A DNA stretch of 64,000 nucleotides from Alphaproteobacteria bacterium (GTDB lineage: Bacteria; Pseudomonadota; Alphaproteobacteria; JAAXGF01): assembly GCA_963555825.3 (NCBI GenBank), contig CAUVXB020000002.1, positions 3,264,001 to 3,328,000 on the forward strand, written 5' to 3'. Every line of letters begins with the position of its first letter. Position 1 is the first letter of the stretch. Shown piece by piece: positions 1 through 10,947 of the stretch. The notes under the pieces were generated by a model. The model saw only the letters and a list, made by a program, of their open reading frames with translations, was not told the origin of the DNA and searched no databases. A program made the translations under genes and the position numbers.

Positions 1-280
1 CCACGTCCAGCGGCGGCAACTCGTTCTTCAATATGGTTTCTACGATGTTTTTCTCGGCACTGTTTTCGTCGTATTTGACCGGCGAGCGATGGTGAACGAA
101 CCTGTCGTCGACAGAATTAGGCGCACGAAACCGGACGTATTCGCTTTCATCGTCGATCGATAGGGAAATCAGGAAATGCGCTGCAGACAGAGCGTCCTTG
201 GCCTGTAGCAATACATAGTGACGCGGTCTAACCCTCTTTAATTTCCAGTTGCGGGCCGGCACGGCGCTACCATCAGTCTC

Positions 281-1876
281 CTAATCTGCGACGGTTTCTT
301 GTCTTCGCCGGCGCGGCGGGCGGCGTTCGACCATGCCGCCCGGCCCGAGCCGCATGTTGGCGAGGGTCCGTTCGTCATGGTTCATGCGCCAACTCAACAT
401 TTTTTGCGCGTATTCGAGCACCAGTCCGTGATAGTTGGGATCACCGGCGAGATTGTGAAATTCGTGGGGATCATTTTCCAGATCGAAAAAGAGCGGTGGC
501 AGGCCGGTAAAATGGACGTATTTGTAACGCCTGTCCCGGATCAGATTAGCGGTGCATTGATCGGGAGTCAGTCCCAATTCTCGGCCATCGTCAGGTCCTG
601 GAAAATGGCGAAAATCAAACTCCGCATGCGCCTCCGTGCGCCAATTCTGGACGTCCTGACCCTGACAGAAGGGGAGCAGCGGCTCGCCGTCGCAGGCGAC
701 GGGGACCTCGAGGCCAAGCCACTCCAGGATCGTCGGCATGAGATCGATATTTTCACTGAAGGCGTCGATCGTCTTGCCACGGCCCGGGTCGCTCGTTGCT
801 CTCGGATCACGGATGATCAGGGGAATGAAGTAGGTCTGCTCGTAGTAGCTGAATTTCGCCATCATCCAATGGTCGCCCAACTGTTCGCCGTGGTCCGAGG
901 TGAAGACGATAAGGGTTCGCTCCCAAGCCCCGCTCTCTTTTAGGTGCGCGATCAATCTGCCGATCTGCGCGTCGACCTCTGTCATCATGGCGTAATAGGT
1001 CGCCTTGATCTGGCGGATTTCGCGTTCGTCAAGGTCAAGATATTCCTTGAGGGAGGCGCCATGGGTATAGGGCGAGTCCAGTTGGTTCGAGAGGTAAAAG
1101 CGGGCCCAGGGATGCTGCATGGCCTCTTCCTCGGGCGTCGCATGGCGAACCGGCAGCGGCACCTCGGCGGCATCGTAGAGAGCATTGTAGGGTTCTGGCA
1201 CGATAAAGGGCGGATGCGGCGACCGATAGGAGATGTGGACGAACCAGGGTGTCGTGTCGCGAGCCGAGATATAGGCCATCGCCTCGTCGGTCAGAAAGGC
1301 CGAACCGCTGTCTTCCGCCCGGTACCACGTCGGCGCGAAGGTGCGGCCTCGCGCCGGATCGATGCCCTCCCTGTTGGGCCGAAAAAGCGCTCGAGGATCG
1401 TCTTCGACCTCATACCCCCGTTGCCGCAACGCTTCGATCCACGGCAGGAAGTCGGCGTCCATACGGACCACTGGCGCCATTCCCGGCAACAATCCGGTTC
1501 GAGTTCTGAGTTCGGGATCGTCCGTTTCCCGGCCCCGCGGGTCCGCGCTGATATCGGTATAGCCGAAAAGGGCGGGATCGTAGCCAGCTTTGCGGGCCTC
1601 GCGCGCAATATTGGCGTGGCGGTCATCGAGCGGCGTGCCGTTCATCACCGAGCGATGATTGTGCAGATAGAGGCCTGTGTAGAGGCTCGCGCGCGCCGGC
1701 CCACACGATGTCGCCTGCGAGTAGTGACGGCGAAATAAGGTGCCTTCGGCCGCCAACAGGTCCAGATGCGGCGTTTTCACGACCGGATGGCCGAGGGCGG
1801 AGAGGCATTCGCCCCGCCACTGATCTGCGGTAATGAAAAGCACGTTTTCCGTCGTCTTCTCGGTCTTCTCGTTCAT
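281..1876 (-). CDS. pehA: Phosphonate monoester hydrolase (PehA/PMH-like), alkaline phosphatase/sulfatase superfamily
   Basis: NVLFITADQWR start, CGPARASLYTG formylglycine motif, GYDPALFGYT, PHPP, FTSDHGEQLGDHW and LFFDLENDPHE match the PMH pattern. Confidence 0.8.
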   Translation of the reverse strand: MNEKTEKTTENVLFITADQWRGECLSALGHPVVKTPHLDLLAAEGTLFRRHYSQATSCGPARASLYTGLYLHNHRSVMNGTPLDDRHANIAREARKAGYDPALFGYTDISADPRGRETDDPELRTRTGLLPGMAPVVRMDADFLPWIEALRQRGYEVEDDPRALFRPNREGIDPARGRTFAPTWYRAEDSGSAFLTDEAMAYISARDTTPWFVHISYRSPHPPFIVPEPYNALYDAAEVPLPVRHATPEEEAMQHPWARFYLSNQLDSPYTHGASLKEYLDLDEREIRQIKATYYAMMTEVDAQIGRLIAHLKESGAWERTLIVFTSDHGEQLGDHWMMAKFSYYEQTYFIPLIIRDPRATSDPGRGKTIDAFSENIDLMPTILEWLGLEVPVACDGEPLLPFCQGQDVQNWRTEAHAEFDFRHFPGPDDGRELGLTPDQCTANLIRDRRYKYVHFTGLPPLFFDLENDPHEFHNLAGDPNYHGLVLEYAQKMLSWRMNHDERTLANMRLGPGGMVERRPPRRRRQETVAD

Positions 1877-1921
1877 CTCAAACCCACGGCCTATGGCGCA
1901 GTCGGTGCACTATAACGCGTA

Positions 1922-2949
1922 ATACCAACGGCGCAAAATTCTGACTCGCAAGGGATTCCCTTTTTGGGCTGGATGTGATTCAAGGCTGGCGAAGGAGATT
2001 CGCCATGTCAGTATGCATTGCTCTTCGGGACGACTACGACAGCATTGAGCTCCGGTGTTTGGCCAAGCACAGTCGCGATCCCCGCCAAGTTCGCCGGCTT
2101 TTGGCCTTGGCGGCGGTTTACGACGGCATGAGCCGAGCGGAAGCCGCTAAGGTCGGCGGCATGGATCGCCAGACGCTGAGAGACTGGGCGCACCGCTTCA
2201 ACGATGAAGGGGCAGACGGCTTGAAGAACCGTCCCGGTGCGGGCCGCCCCCGGCTCTTGACCGACGAGCAGATGGGCGAACTGTCGGTGATCGTCGAAAC
2301 GGGCCCCGATCCAGAGATTGACGGTGTGGTTCGCTGGCGGCGGGTTGACCTGAAACGGGTGATCGAAGAACGCTTTGGCGTGATCTATAGCGAGCGGGCG
2401 ATCTCCGACCTTCTCGTCGCGCTGTCCTTCTCCCACATCAGCGCCCGGCCGCAGCACCCCAAGCAGGACCAGCGGGTGATCGAGGCGTTCAAAAAAACTT
2501 CCCCCGCACGCTCGCTGCCCACCTAGCCGGTCTGCCCAAGACCAAGCGGGTCGAGATCTGGTTCCAAGACGAGGCCAGGCTGGGACAGAAGAACGGGCGT
2601 GTGCGCATTTGGGCGAAGAAGGGAACAAGGCCACGCCTGCCCGCCGATCAGCGCTACACGAACGCCTACCTCTTTGGCGCAATCTGTCCCATGGGAGCCA
2701 AGGGTGCCGCTCTCATGCTCCCCTTCGCCAACACAGCCGCCATGCAGATGCATCTCGACGAGATCAGCTGCAACGTCGCCGCCAAGGCCCATGGCGTCGT
2801 CCTGATGGACCGCGCCGGGTGGCACAGCACCGACCAGCTCAAGGTCCCCAAGAACCTCACCATCATCCTGCTGCCATCGCGCTCGCCCGAGCTGAACCCG
2901 GTCGAGAACATCTGGCAATACCTCCGCCAGAATTGGCTCTCTAACCGCG
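1922..2949 (+). mobile_element. IS630-family element, 3'-truncated
   Basis: Begins TA|ATACCA; ORFs 2005-2526 and 2601-2949 joined by a -1 slip at A7 (2491-2497); WFQDE, DRAGWH, SPELNPVENIW motifs; cut at 2950 by the next element. Confidence 0.9.
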
Positions 2950-4287
2950 TGTGGCTCCCATAAATCCTATCTGCCGCAGAAATCCTAGTATTCCCGGCTT
3001 GTGCCGGATAGCGTCTCCGACATGTGCACGACCATTCGAATTGTCCTTGCCATGGTCCGTGAGGCTTTCCTCAGCCGCGCGGCGTTGCATCTTGAGAACC
3101 TTGCCCTGCGACAGCAGCTTGCCGCCTTAGATCGGAAAGGAGCCAGGCCATCGCTTCGGATGGCCGATCGCCTTTTCTGGGTCGTCCTGTCTCGGCTGTG
3201 GTCGGGTTGGAGGGAGATCCTGGTGATCGTCAAGCCGGAGACGGTTATCGGCTGGCATCGAAAGGGCTTCCGACGTTTCTGGACCCGGAAGTCGCGACGG
3301 GGGAAGCCGGGACGACCGCCCGTGTCGAGCGAATTCCGAGGGCTTATCCGCCGGATGTCTCGGGAGAATCCGTTGTGGGGCGCTCCCCGAATCCACGGTG
3401 AGCTCAGGATGCTCGGCTTCGAGGTCTCCGAGGCGGCCGTGTCCAAGTACATGCCGCGCCATCCAAAGCCACCTTCGCAGACATGGCGGACGTTCCTCGA
3501 GAACCACGTCGGGTGCCTAGCGTCGACCGACTTCTTCGTCGTACCCACCGCGACGTTCAGTCTTCTATTCGTGCTCGTTGTGCTGCGGCACGAGCGTCGG
3601 CGGATTGTTCACATCGGCACCACGGCACACCCGACTGCGGCGTGGGTCGCGCAACAGATCCGGGAGGCCTTTCCGTGGGAGACAGCACCACGGTATATGA
3701 TCCGAGATCGGGATCGTGTGTACGGTATTGCCTTTCGTTCGCGGATAAAGGCGATGGGCATCGAAGAGGTCGTGACGGCGCCGCGATCGCCGTGGCAGTC
3801 GCCGTACGTTGAGCGCGTGATCGGGTCCATCAGGCGAGAGTGTCTGGATCACGTGATCGTTCTAAACGAACGGCATCTGCGGGCGATACTCTTGTCGTAC
3901 ATCGACTACTACCAGCGATCCCGCACGCACCTGGCGCTAGGCAAGGATACCCCTGAACGGCGATCGGTTCAGCCGGCTGGCGCCGGGAAGATCGTGGCGT
4001 TTCCACAGGTCGGCGGGCTGCATCATCGGTACCAGCGGTTGGCGGCCTGACTGGCACCGGCTATCGTATAATCGGCTTGCGGCGATGATTCTGACGCCGT
4101 CGGGGTCGCCGTAACCTCAGCAATCCGTCTTACTATGGCAAGGCCCCCCAAGCCGGTTGCCGATCGATGTGGGCGTCGTTTCCGAAGATGACTATGCCCG
4201 CCTCACAGCGAAGATGGTGCCATCACCAGTGCCGGCGGACCGGTCGGCGTTCTTGATGCACCCCGGATGAGATAAATGGGAGGCACA
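2950..4287 (+). mobile_element. Unclassified IS with single rve integrase-core transposase (IS3/IS481-like)
   Basis: Terminal IRs TGTGGCTCCCATAAATC / TGTGCCTCCCATTTATC (14/17); TG...CA ends; no target duplication. Confidence 0.8.
3001..4050 (+). CDS. Integrase core domain (rve) DDE transposase
   Basis: STDFF, IRDRD and SPWQSPYVERVIGSIRRECLD give the DDE triad; WGAPRIHGEL HTH. Confidence 0.85.
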   Translation: MPDSVSDMCTTIRIVLAMVREAFLSRAALHLENLALRQQLAALDRKGARPSLRMADRLFWVVLSRLWSGWREILVIVKPETVIGWHRKGFRRFWTRKSRRGKPGRPPVSSEFRGLIRRMSRENPLWGAPRIHGELRMLGFEVSEAAVSKYMPRHPKPPSQTWRTFLENHVGCLASTDFFVVPTATFSLLFVLVVLRHERRRIVHIGTTAHPTAAWVAQQIREAFPWETAPRYMIRDRDRVYGIAFRSRIKAMGIEEVVTAPRSPWQSPYVERVIGSIRRECLDHVIVLNERHLRAILLSYIDYYQRSRTHLALGKDTPERRSVQPAGAGKIVAFPQVGGLHHRYQRLAA

Positions 4288-4653
4288 CCCAGTGACGGCG
4301 CATGGCATGAGATTGATCCTCCCCGTTGGAGGCATCAACACACAGCAGCAACCCGGCGCCCGTCGTTGATGCGCTCAGACCTCAAAGCGCTCGTGTCCGT
4401 GCACCACTGTCTTGGAACAAGTTGAAGACAAACGCCTGAACAGTGACACGTCGCCCCTCATTCTCGGCGCTACGCATCTGCACCCCCATTCATTCCCCGG
4501 CTTCGGAACAAGCCTCGTCACGCAGGAACAGTGGATGAGCGCGAAGCGTCTCGGGCACTACGTTGAGGATATTCGTGAAGTCCTTGTTCTTCACGTTGAA
4601 CATGATCAAAGCGGCTTTACTGTCACGCCAAGTCAGGTAGCCGAGAAGCTGGT

Positions 4654-6031
4654 GAGCTATAGCTGAATCTTGGTGATGGAGAATGAAGGCGGCGTATCCT
4701 GGCGTTGATGAAGACGCCAATTTTCCGAAGAAAGGGATACGCCATGAAAGACGATACAGTTGTTGCGTTGCGCCAGCCAGAGTCATTTTCCGACGATCCG
4801 CTGACGGAGATATTGCGCGCCGGCGCCCGGCAGTTGCTTGGCCAGGCGATTGAAGCGGAAGTTGCCGCCCATATTGAAGCCCATGCCGATTTGACCGACG
4901 CTTCGGGCCGGCGCCGTATTGTCCGTCACGGGCACATGCCGGAACGCGAGGTTCAGACCGGGATCGGAGCTGTGACGGTGAAGCGGCCAAGAGTGCGAGA
5001 CCGAGATCCACAGGCCACGGGCGGGCGCATCCGTTTCACGTCATCGATCCTGCCGCCTTATCTCAGGCGCGCCAAGTCGGTCGAGGCGCTTCTGCCCTGG
5101 CTTTATCTGAAGGGCATCTCCAGCGGCGACTTTTCGGAGGCCCTGGCGGCGCTGCTGGGACCGGACGCGCCGGGCCTGACGGCCAGCACCATTGGCCGGC
5201 TGAAAGCGGTCTGGTGGGACGAATACGAAGCCTGGCAAAAGCGCGACCTTTCGGCTCGGCGCTACGTCTATTTTTGGGCCGACGGGGTCTACTTCTCGCC
5301 TCGCATGGACCATGACAAACAGTGTGTTCTGGTGATCATCGGCGCCGACGCCATGGGCAACAAGGACATCGTCGGCATGGTCGACGGTTATCGAGAGAGC
5401 GCGCAAAGCTGGAAGGAACTGCTGCTTGATCTCAAGCGCCGGGGCTTGGAGACCGGCCCCGAGTTGGCCGTCGGCGACGGCGCCTTGGGCTTCTGGAAGG
5501 CGCTACGCGAGGTTTACGGAGAGACCAGGGTGCAGCGTTGCTGGGTCCACAAGACCGCCAACGTGCTCAACCAGATGCCCAAATCCCTGCAGGCCAAAGC
5601 CAAGGGCCATCTGCACGACATCTGGATGGCCGAGACTAGGGCCGACGCCGAAGCCGCCTTCGACTTCTTCATCGCAGCCTACGGCGCAAAATACCACAAG
5701 GCCGCAGAGCGCCTGGTCAAGGACCGTGAACGCCTGCTGAGCTTCTACGACTTCCCGGCCGAGCACTGGAAGCACATCCGCACCACCAACCCCATCGAAA
5801 GCACCTTCGCCACGGTGCGCCTGAGGACCGTCAAGACCAAGGGGTGCCTGAGCCGCAAGACGGCGCTCGCCATGGCCTTCAAACTGATCTTGAGTGCCAG
5901 GCGGAAATGGCGGAAGCTGGACGGATCAAATCAACTCGCCGAACTCGTCGAAGGAGTGCCGTTCAAGGACGGAATCAAGATAACCAAACACGCCGCCTGA
6001 TAGCTCCGTCACCAACTTTCGGACATAGCTC
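4654..6031 (+). mobile_element. IS256-family element, intact
   Basis: GAGCTAT...ATAGCTC ends; 9-bp TSD GAAGCTGGT at 4645-4653 and 6032-6040. Confidence 0.95.
4744..6000 (+). CDS. IS256-family (mutator-type) transposase
   Basis: WADGVY, VGDGALGF, QRCWVHK and RTTNPIES motifs. Confidence 0.95.
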   Translation: MKDDTVVALRQPESFSDDPLTEILRAGARQLLGQAIEAEVAAHIEAHADLTDASGRRRIVRHGHMPEREVQTGIGAVTVKRPRVRDRDPQATGGRIRFTSSILPPYLRRAKSVEALLPWLYLKGISSGDFSEALAALLGPDAPGLTASTIGRLKAVWWDEYEAWQKRDLSARRYVYFWADGVYFSPRMDHDKQCVLVIIGADAMGNKDIVGMVDGYRESAQSWKELLLDLKRRGLETGPELAVGDGALGFWKALREVYGETRVQRCWVHKTANVLNQMPKSLQAKAKGHLHDIWMAETRADAEAAFDFFIAAYGAKYHKAAERLVKDRERLLSFYDFPAEHWKHIRTTNPIESTFATVRLRTVKTKGCLSRKTALAMAFKLILSARRKWRKLDGSNQLAELVEGVPFKDGIKITKHAA

Positions 6032-7110
6032 GAAGCTGGTCCATCGCTGCAGTGAGACCCGCTGCACCTGTCCACAGCTTGCACTCCCCCACGAAGGCAG
6101 CGCGATTGTCCTGCTCGATGCAGATGTCTGTCTTGCCTTTACCTCGAAACGCCTCGCCCACGGCATCACCATGAAAGTGCCCGTTCAACTGCGCCAGTAT
6201 GATGTTGCGCAAGTCTTCTTCACCGTGCACGGCATAGGTGCTGGGCGTCCGCTCGAACGTGCGTCCTTGGTGTCGAATGAACTGAAGGTTATGCCCGTAG
6301 GTCTCGTCTGTGATCCCCGGCTCTGGCGCAAGACCCGACTTAGGTACCTGGGGCAAAGCCGGAGGACGTCGGATTTCCACCTTCACTGGCTCAATGGAAG
6401 GTACGCCAGGTTGTGTGGCCAACGGTATGTCGAGCAAAGCCGCGATGTTATTATGACGTCCAATTCGGTCGCGACGATGATTGACCGACTGCTGCACTAA
6501 GTTGGGTAGACTCTCGTTATAGACAACTACCTGCTTGTGCGAGTGATCCACGTACTCACGGATCAGATTCAACTCCCGCTCGTAAATCGACTTGAACTTG
6601 GCGGAGTCGGCGTCGTGCGGCTGTGAAATAGAGAGGCGCAACTGACCCCGTCGGACTTCTGCTCGCGGGAATACTGAGGACCACGGGTTGGTCCGATACC
6701 GAAATATCCACTCCTCCCCCTTGAAGGGAATGTCGATATCCACGCGGGTTCCCGGAATATAAAATGGGCTACTGCGATCAGGTATAAACATCCGCATAGA
6801 ATCGCCGGAAACATCCACCTGCGTCTCGTTCTGACTCATGATCGTCGCGTCTTCGCAAAGAACAAGTGGCTCTGCCGTCAATCCAGCGACCACATGGTCG
6901 ACCAATTCCTGATCGTTTGAGATCAGGAATTGATCTTTCGGTATCCGGTTAACAGCTTCAGGAACAGTTTCCTGCCGTCCTCGAAGCTGCGCGTCCAAGT
7001 CTTCTTCAAAGAATAGCAAATTTCGGTCTCTCATGATTGCTATATACCATATCCGGTATTTCGCCTGCCAATAGATTCGCGCGCACCTAAGAGTGATTTC
7101 CCCCTACCTA

Positions 7111-7231
7111 GTGTCCTGATTCCAAAGTTCGTACCGTTATGATGTTGCGGCTGCAGCGGTTTCGAGGGTCCTGAGGCAGAAGCGCTTGATGGACGCCAGG
7201 ATCTCATCGGCTGTCTTGTGCCAGCGGAAGG
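7111..7231 (-). pseudogene. 3' remnant and end of an IS630-family element
   Basis: FRWHKTADEILASIKRFC C-terminus; ends at CTAG (7108-7111); remainder removed at the IS21 end. Confidence 0.7.
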
Positions 7232-7421
7232 TGTCAATGGCGGAGCAAAAAGGGACCACCGTGGCGGTGTAAGAAGGGACCACTTGGCGGCTGCGGGCTT
7301 GTCCCCTAGTCCATGGGAGGGCCCCGGGTGCGACGCGGCGTGCCCTCAACAGGCCGACGCGGCGGCGCGCGCGGGAGGGACCTGTGGGCCCACGGGGTCA
7401 AGCGTGGGTTGGGTGGTCGGT

Positions 7422-8186
7422 TCAGTTCGCCGTCGGGGTTTGACGCCTGCGGCTCTGGTTGAGCCTGTAGCTGTCACCGTTCATCTCGAGGATGTTGACG
7501 TGGTGGGTGAGGCGGTCGAGGAGCGCGCCGGTGAGGCGCTCGGAGCCGAACACCTCGGTCCATTCGTCGAAGGGCAGATTGGTGGTGACCAGGGTCGAGC
7601 CCCGCTCGTAGCGTTGGCTGAACACCTCGAACAACAGCTCGGCGCCGGTCTTCGACAGCGGCACGAAGCCGAGTTCGTCGACGATCAGAAGCTTGTAGGT
7701 GGCGAGCTTCTTCTGGAACCTCAGCAGCTGCTTGTCATCGCGGGCCTCGATGAGCTCGTGGACCAGTGCGGCGGCGGTGATGAAGCCGACCGAGAGGCCC
7801 TTCTGGCAGGCCGCCAAGCCGAGACCGAGGGCGATGTGGGTCTTGCCGGTGCCGCTGTTGCCGAGCGCGATGAGGTTCTCGCGGCGCTCGATGTACTCGC
7901 AGCGGGCCAGCTCCAGGACCAGCGCCTTGTTGAGCGAGGGGATGACCTTGAAGTCGAAGCTGTCGAGGCTCTTGACCACGGGGAAGCGCGCCGCCTTGAT
8001 GCGCCGCTCGACCATGCGGCGCTCGCGGTCGATCAGCTCGAGCTCGGCGAGTCTCAACAGGTAGCGGACGTGATCGACGCCTTCCGAGGCGCACTGCCGG
8101 GCGATCTTGTCGTACTCGCGCAGGAAGGTCGGCAGCTTCAGCGTCTTGAGGTGGTGGGCGAGCAGCACTTGCGGTGTGTCGGTCAT
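7422..8186 (-). CDS. istB: IS21 helper ATPase IstB
   Basis: GNSGTGKTH Walker A, LLIVDELG Walker B, ALLDRLTHH. Confidence 0.95.
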   Translation of the reverse strand: MTDTPQVLLAHHLKTLKLPTFLREYDKIARQCASEGVDHVRYLLRLAELELIDRERRMVERRIKAARFPVVKSLDSFDFKVIPSLNKALVLELARCEYIERRENLIALGNSGTGKTHIALGLGLAACQKGLSVGFITAAALVHELIEARDDKQLLRFQKKLATYKLLIVDELGFVPLSKTGAELLFEVFSQRYERGSTLVTTNLPFDEWTEVFGSERLTGALLDRLTHHVNILEMNGDSYRLNQSRRRQTPTAN

Positions 8187-9682
8187 GCGCCGAGCCCCGA
8201 CAGCAGGCTCATGTACGACTTGGCGGACGTCATCGCGACCCGGGCGCGCGGCAGATACGGATAGACGTCGAGGTTGAGCCTGGGCGGCCGCCGCTCGATG
8301 CGGCACAGTACCAGGTGCTTCACCGCATCAAAGCCGATTGCGCCGAGCCGCAGGGCGTCGCCGACCGCACCCTCGACCTCCTCGAGCCGGAAGGTCTCCA
8401 GTAGACGGAGCACCTGGACGTACTCGCGCTTGCCTGCCTTGCCCATACGAGCTTCGAGGAGCCGCCGCAGAGTGATGAAGGCCTCGGGCAGGTCCCAGCC
8501 CGCCAATGGCGCGGCCTGGTCGAGGGCGCCGATCTTCTGCTCGATCAAGGGCAGGTAATGCAGCGGGTCGAAGATCAGGTCCTCGCTGTCGTAGGACCGG
8601 CGGTGCCGGGCGATCACCTCGGCCCCGCAGCTGATCACCACCTCATCGACGTAGCCCCGGATGAGCACCTCACGGTGGCCGTAGGCCACGGGCACGGAAT
8701 AGTCGTTGCTGCGGTAACGCACCAGCGACAGCGAACTCGCCCGTCCAGGGCGCTTATCGCAGGCATCATAGGGAGCAGGCGGCAATGGCAAGAGAACTTG
8801 ACGATCCCGCTCGAGACGCTCGCCGATGGTCTCCTTGTGGCCCCGCAGCCGCGCCGCCTGGCGCCGGCGGCACTGTTCGGCGAGAGCATCGTTGAGGGCC
8901 GCGAAGCTCTCGGCACGCGGGACGGGGACCAGGAAGTTCCGCCGGATGAAGCCGACCAGTCCCTCGACCTTGCCCTTGTCGTTGCCCTTGCCCGGCCGGC
9001 CGAACCTGTCCTCGAACAGATAGTGGGACTGAAGCTCCGTGAAGACGTGCGTTCGCTGCCGCTTCCCATCGCCCAGGATCCGGGCAACCGCCAGCTTGGT
9101 GTTGTCGTACAGGATGGATCGGGGGACGCCGCCGAAGAAGGCAAACGCCGCGTTGTGGCCATCGCAGAATGCTTCGGTCGTCTCCGCCGGATAGGCCGCA
9201 ACAAAGCAACCATCACTGTGGGGAAGGTCGAAGGCAAGGAAGTGGATCTTCCGTAACGCGCCGCCGATCACCGCCATCGCTTCGCCGAAGTCCGCCTGGG
9301 CGTGGCCGGGGGAATGGACGAGCGGCACGAACATCTCGCGCGACCGAAGCCCCTGCTCACGAACGTAGTCCTTCACGATGGTGTAGCCGCCGGTGAACCC
9401 GTACTCGTCCCGGAGACGGTCGAAGATCCGCTTCGCCGTGTGCCGTTGCTTGTGGTGGCTGGTCCGATCGTCTTCCAGAATCCGATCGATGATCCCCGTG
9501 AACGGACCCAGCTTCGGCCGCCGTGGCGGCTTGCCGCGGCGATACCCCGGCGGCACCGAGAACGACAGCATCTTGCGTACCGTCTTGCGGTCCAGCCCGA
9601 ACACCCGCGAGGCCTCGCGGGTGCTCATTCCCTCGACACGACACGCCCGCCGGACCCGCGCGTACATCTCCACCCGATACAT
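8183..9682 (-). CDS. istA: IS21 transposase IstA
   Basis: AQADFGE, LYDNTK and KGKVEG DDE motifs. Confidence 0.95.
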   Translation of the reverse strand: MYRVEMYARVRRACRVEGMSTREASRVFGLDRKTVRKMLSFSVPPGYRRGKPPRRPKLGPFTGIIDRILEDDRTSHHKQRHTAKRIFDRLRDEYGFTGGYTIVKDYVREQGLRSREMFVPLVHSPGHAQADFGEAMAVIGGALRKIHFLAFDLPHSDGCFVAAYPAETTEAFCDGHNAAFAFFGGVPRSILYDNTKLAVARILGDGKRQRTHVFTELQSHYLFEDRFGRPGKGNDKGKVEGLVGFIRRNFLVPVPRAESFAALNDALAEQCRRRQAARLRGHKETIGERLERDRQVLLPLPPAPYDACDKRPGRASSLSLVRYRSNDYSVPVAYGHREVLIRGYVDEVVISCGAEVIARHRRSYDSEDLIFDPLHYLPLIEQKIGALDQAAPLAGWDLPEAFITLRRLLEARMGKAGKREYVQVLRLLETFRLEEVEGAVGDALRLGAIGFDAVKHLVLCRIERRPPRLNLDVYPYLPRARVAMTSAKSYMSLLSGLGA

Positions 9683-9799
9683 CCCCCCGCCTTCCAGTCA
9701 GAGCAACCCTGACAGAAGGCTATACGCGGTCCCATTTTGGTCCGCCACAGCCGGATCAACCGGCCGCTTCAGTGGGGGATTATTGCGCCGCCGTTCTCA

Positions 9800-10101
9800 C
9801 CGATAACCGTCTCCGGCTTGACGATCACCAGGATATCCCTCCAACCCGACCACAGCCGAGACAGGACGACCCAGAAAAGGCGATCGGCCATCCGAAGCGA
9901 TGGCCTGGCTCCTTTCCGATCTAAGGCGGCAAGCTGCTGTCGCAGGGCAAGGTTCTCAAGATGCAACGCCGCGCGGCTGAGGAAAGCCTCACGGACCATG
10001 GCAAGGACAATTCGAATGGTCGTGCACATGTCGGAGACGCTATCCGGCACAAGCCGGGAATACTAGGATTTCTGCGGCAGATAGGATTTATGGGAGCCAC
10101 A
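9800..10101 (-). mobile_element. 5' fragment of a second copy of the 2950-4287 element
   Basis: Near-identical to 2950-3251 in reverse orientation; truncated at the IS21 left end. Confidence 0.9.
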
Positions 10102-10252
10102 GGTACGAGGTGTTGCCCTCGGGATCCCAATCGAGGCCGTTGGCGCCCTCGGCCAGCCGATCCGCCTCATTGTGCACAAGGTCGAGAATCTCGCGCCGCG
10201 CCTCAGGGCTCAACTTGCGCAGCAGCGCCTCGTCGATGACGAAACTGACCAT
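10102..10252 (-). pseudogene. Hypothetical protein, 5' fragment truncated by IS
   Basis: GGAGG RBS followed by MVSFVIDEALLRKLSPEARREIL...; stops at the IS end. Confidence 0.45.
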
Positions 10253-10410
10253 AATCGCGCCTCCCCTTACCGATGCAACGCGCCGCCGACGCGCCGCTGT
10301 CGCCATCATAATACCTTTGCCGCGCCGAGACCATCGCGCGTCGGGCTTTCGCCGGAACGCCCGTGGGGTTACTCTGTCGGCGACCATGACGATCCGGCGG
10401 GCCCAGGCGG

Positions 10411-10854
10411 ATGATCTCGAAAACTGACCAAAGCGGCACGCGCGCAACGGGCGGCGGGCCGTTTGCCTTCTTCAGCCGCAAGAAGCGCCCGAACACGGTG
10501 ATCGCCGCCGACATGAAGATCGTCGGCGAGCTCGAAAGCGACGGCCACGTCCACATCGACGGCACCGTCGAGGGCGATATCTACGCCAACTTCGTCACGG
10601 TCGGCGAGACCGCCCATGTCGAGGGCGTGATCGTCGCCGAGGAGGTCCAGATCGCCGGCTCGGTCGACGGGCGCATCGAAGCGCCGGTGGTGTTCATCGA
10701 GGCGACCGCGCGGGTCGTCGGCAGCGTCTTCCACACCGAGATCGAGATCGAGGAAGGCGCGCTGATCGAGGGCCCCCGGCCGTGGCGGCCCAAGGTCTAC
10801 CTCGAGGAGCGCAGTGCCAACCGCGGCGTCGAGCAAGACGCCGGCGACGCATAG
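10411..10854 (+). CDS. Bactofilin (polymer-forming cytoskeletal protein, DUF583)
   Basis: TVIAADMKIVGELESDGHVHIDGTVEGDI...IEEGALIEG beta-helix repeats. Confidence 0.9.
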   Translation: MISKTDQSGTRATGGGPFAFFSRKKRPNTVIAADMKIVGELESDGHVHIDGTVEGDIYANFVTVGETAHVEGVIVAEEVQIAGSVDGRIEAPVVFIEATARVVGSVFHTEIEIEEGALIEGPRPWRPKVYLEERSANRGVEQDAGDA

Positions 10855-10947
10855 AACTTTCGAAATACCGCCCAAGGCGGTATGGTAACGGCAACGGCGC
10901 AGGCATCCGCGCCCCGGGTTTCAATCAAGTTGCGAGGGATGAGGGAC

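Larger units (their letters stand above)
4379..7034 (-). pseudogene. PD-(D/E)xK nuclease-like protein interrupted by IS256
   Basis: ORF 7034-6032 resumes in frame at 4644 (AMDQL|LGYLTWRDSK) once IS256 and one TSD copy are removed; GKTDI...FVGECK motif; additional in-frame TGA at 4490. Confidence 0.65.
7232..9799 (-). mobile_element. IS21-family element (copy A), coding-intact
   Basis: TGAGAACGGC / TGTCAATGGC ends; istA-istB overlap ATGA; no TSD. Confidence 0.95.

Noticed and set aside
1-280. Open minus-strand frame running off the left edge
   Set aside because: No convincing start or motif within the window; probably a fragment
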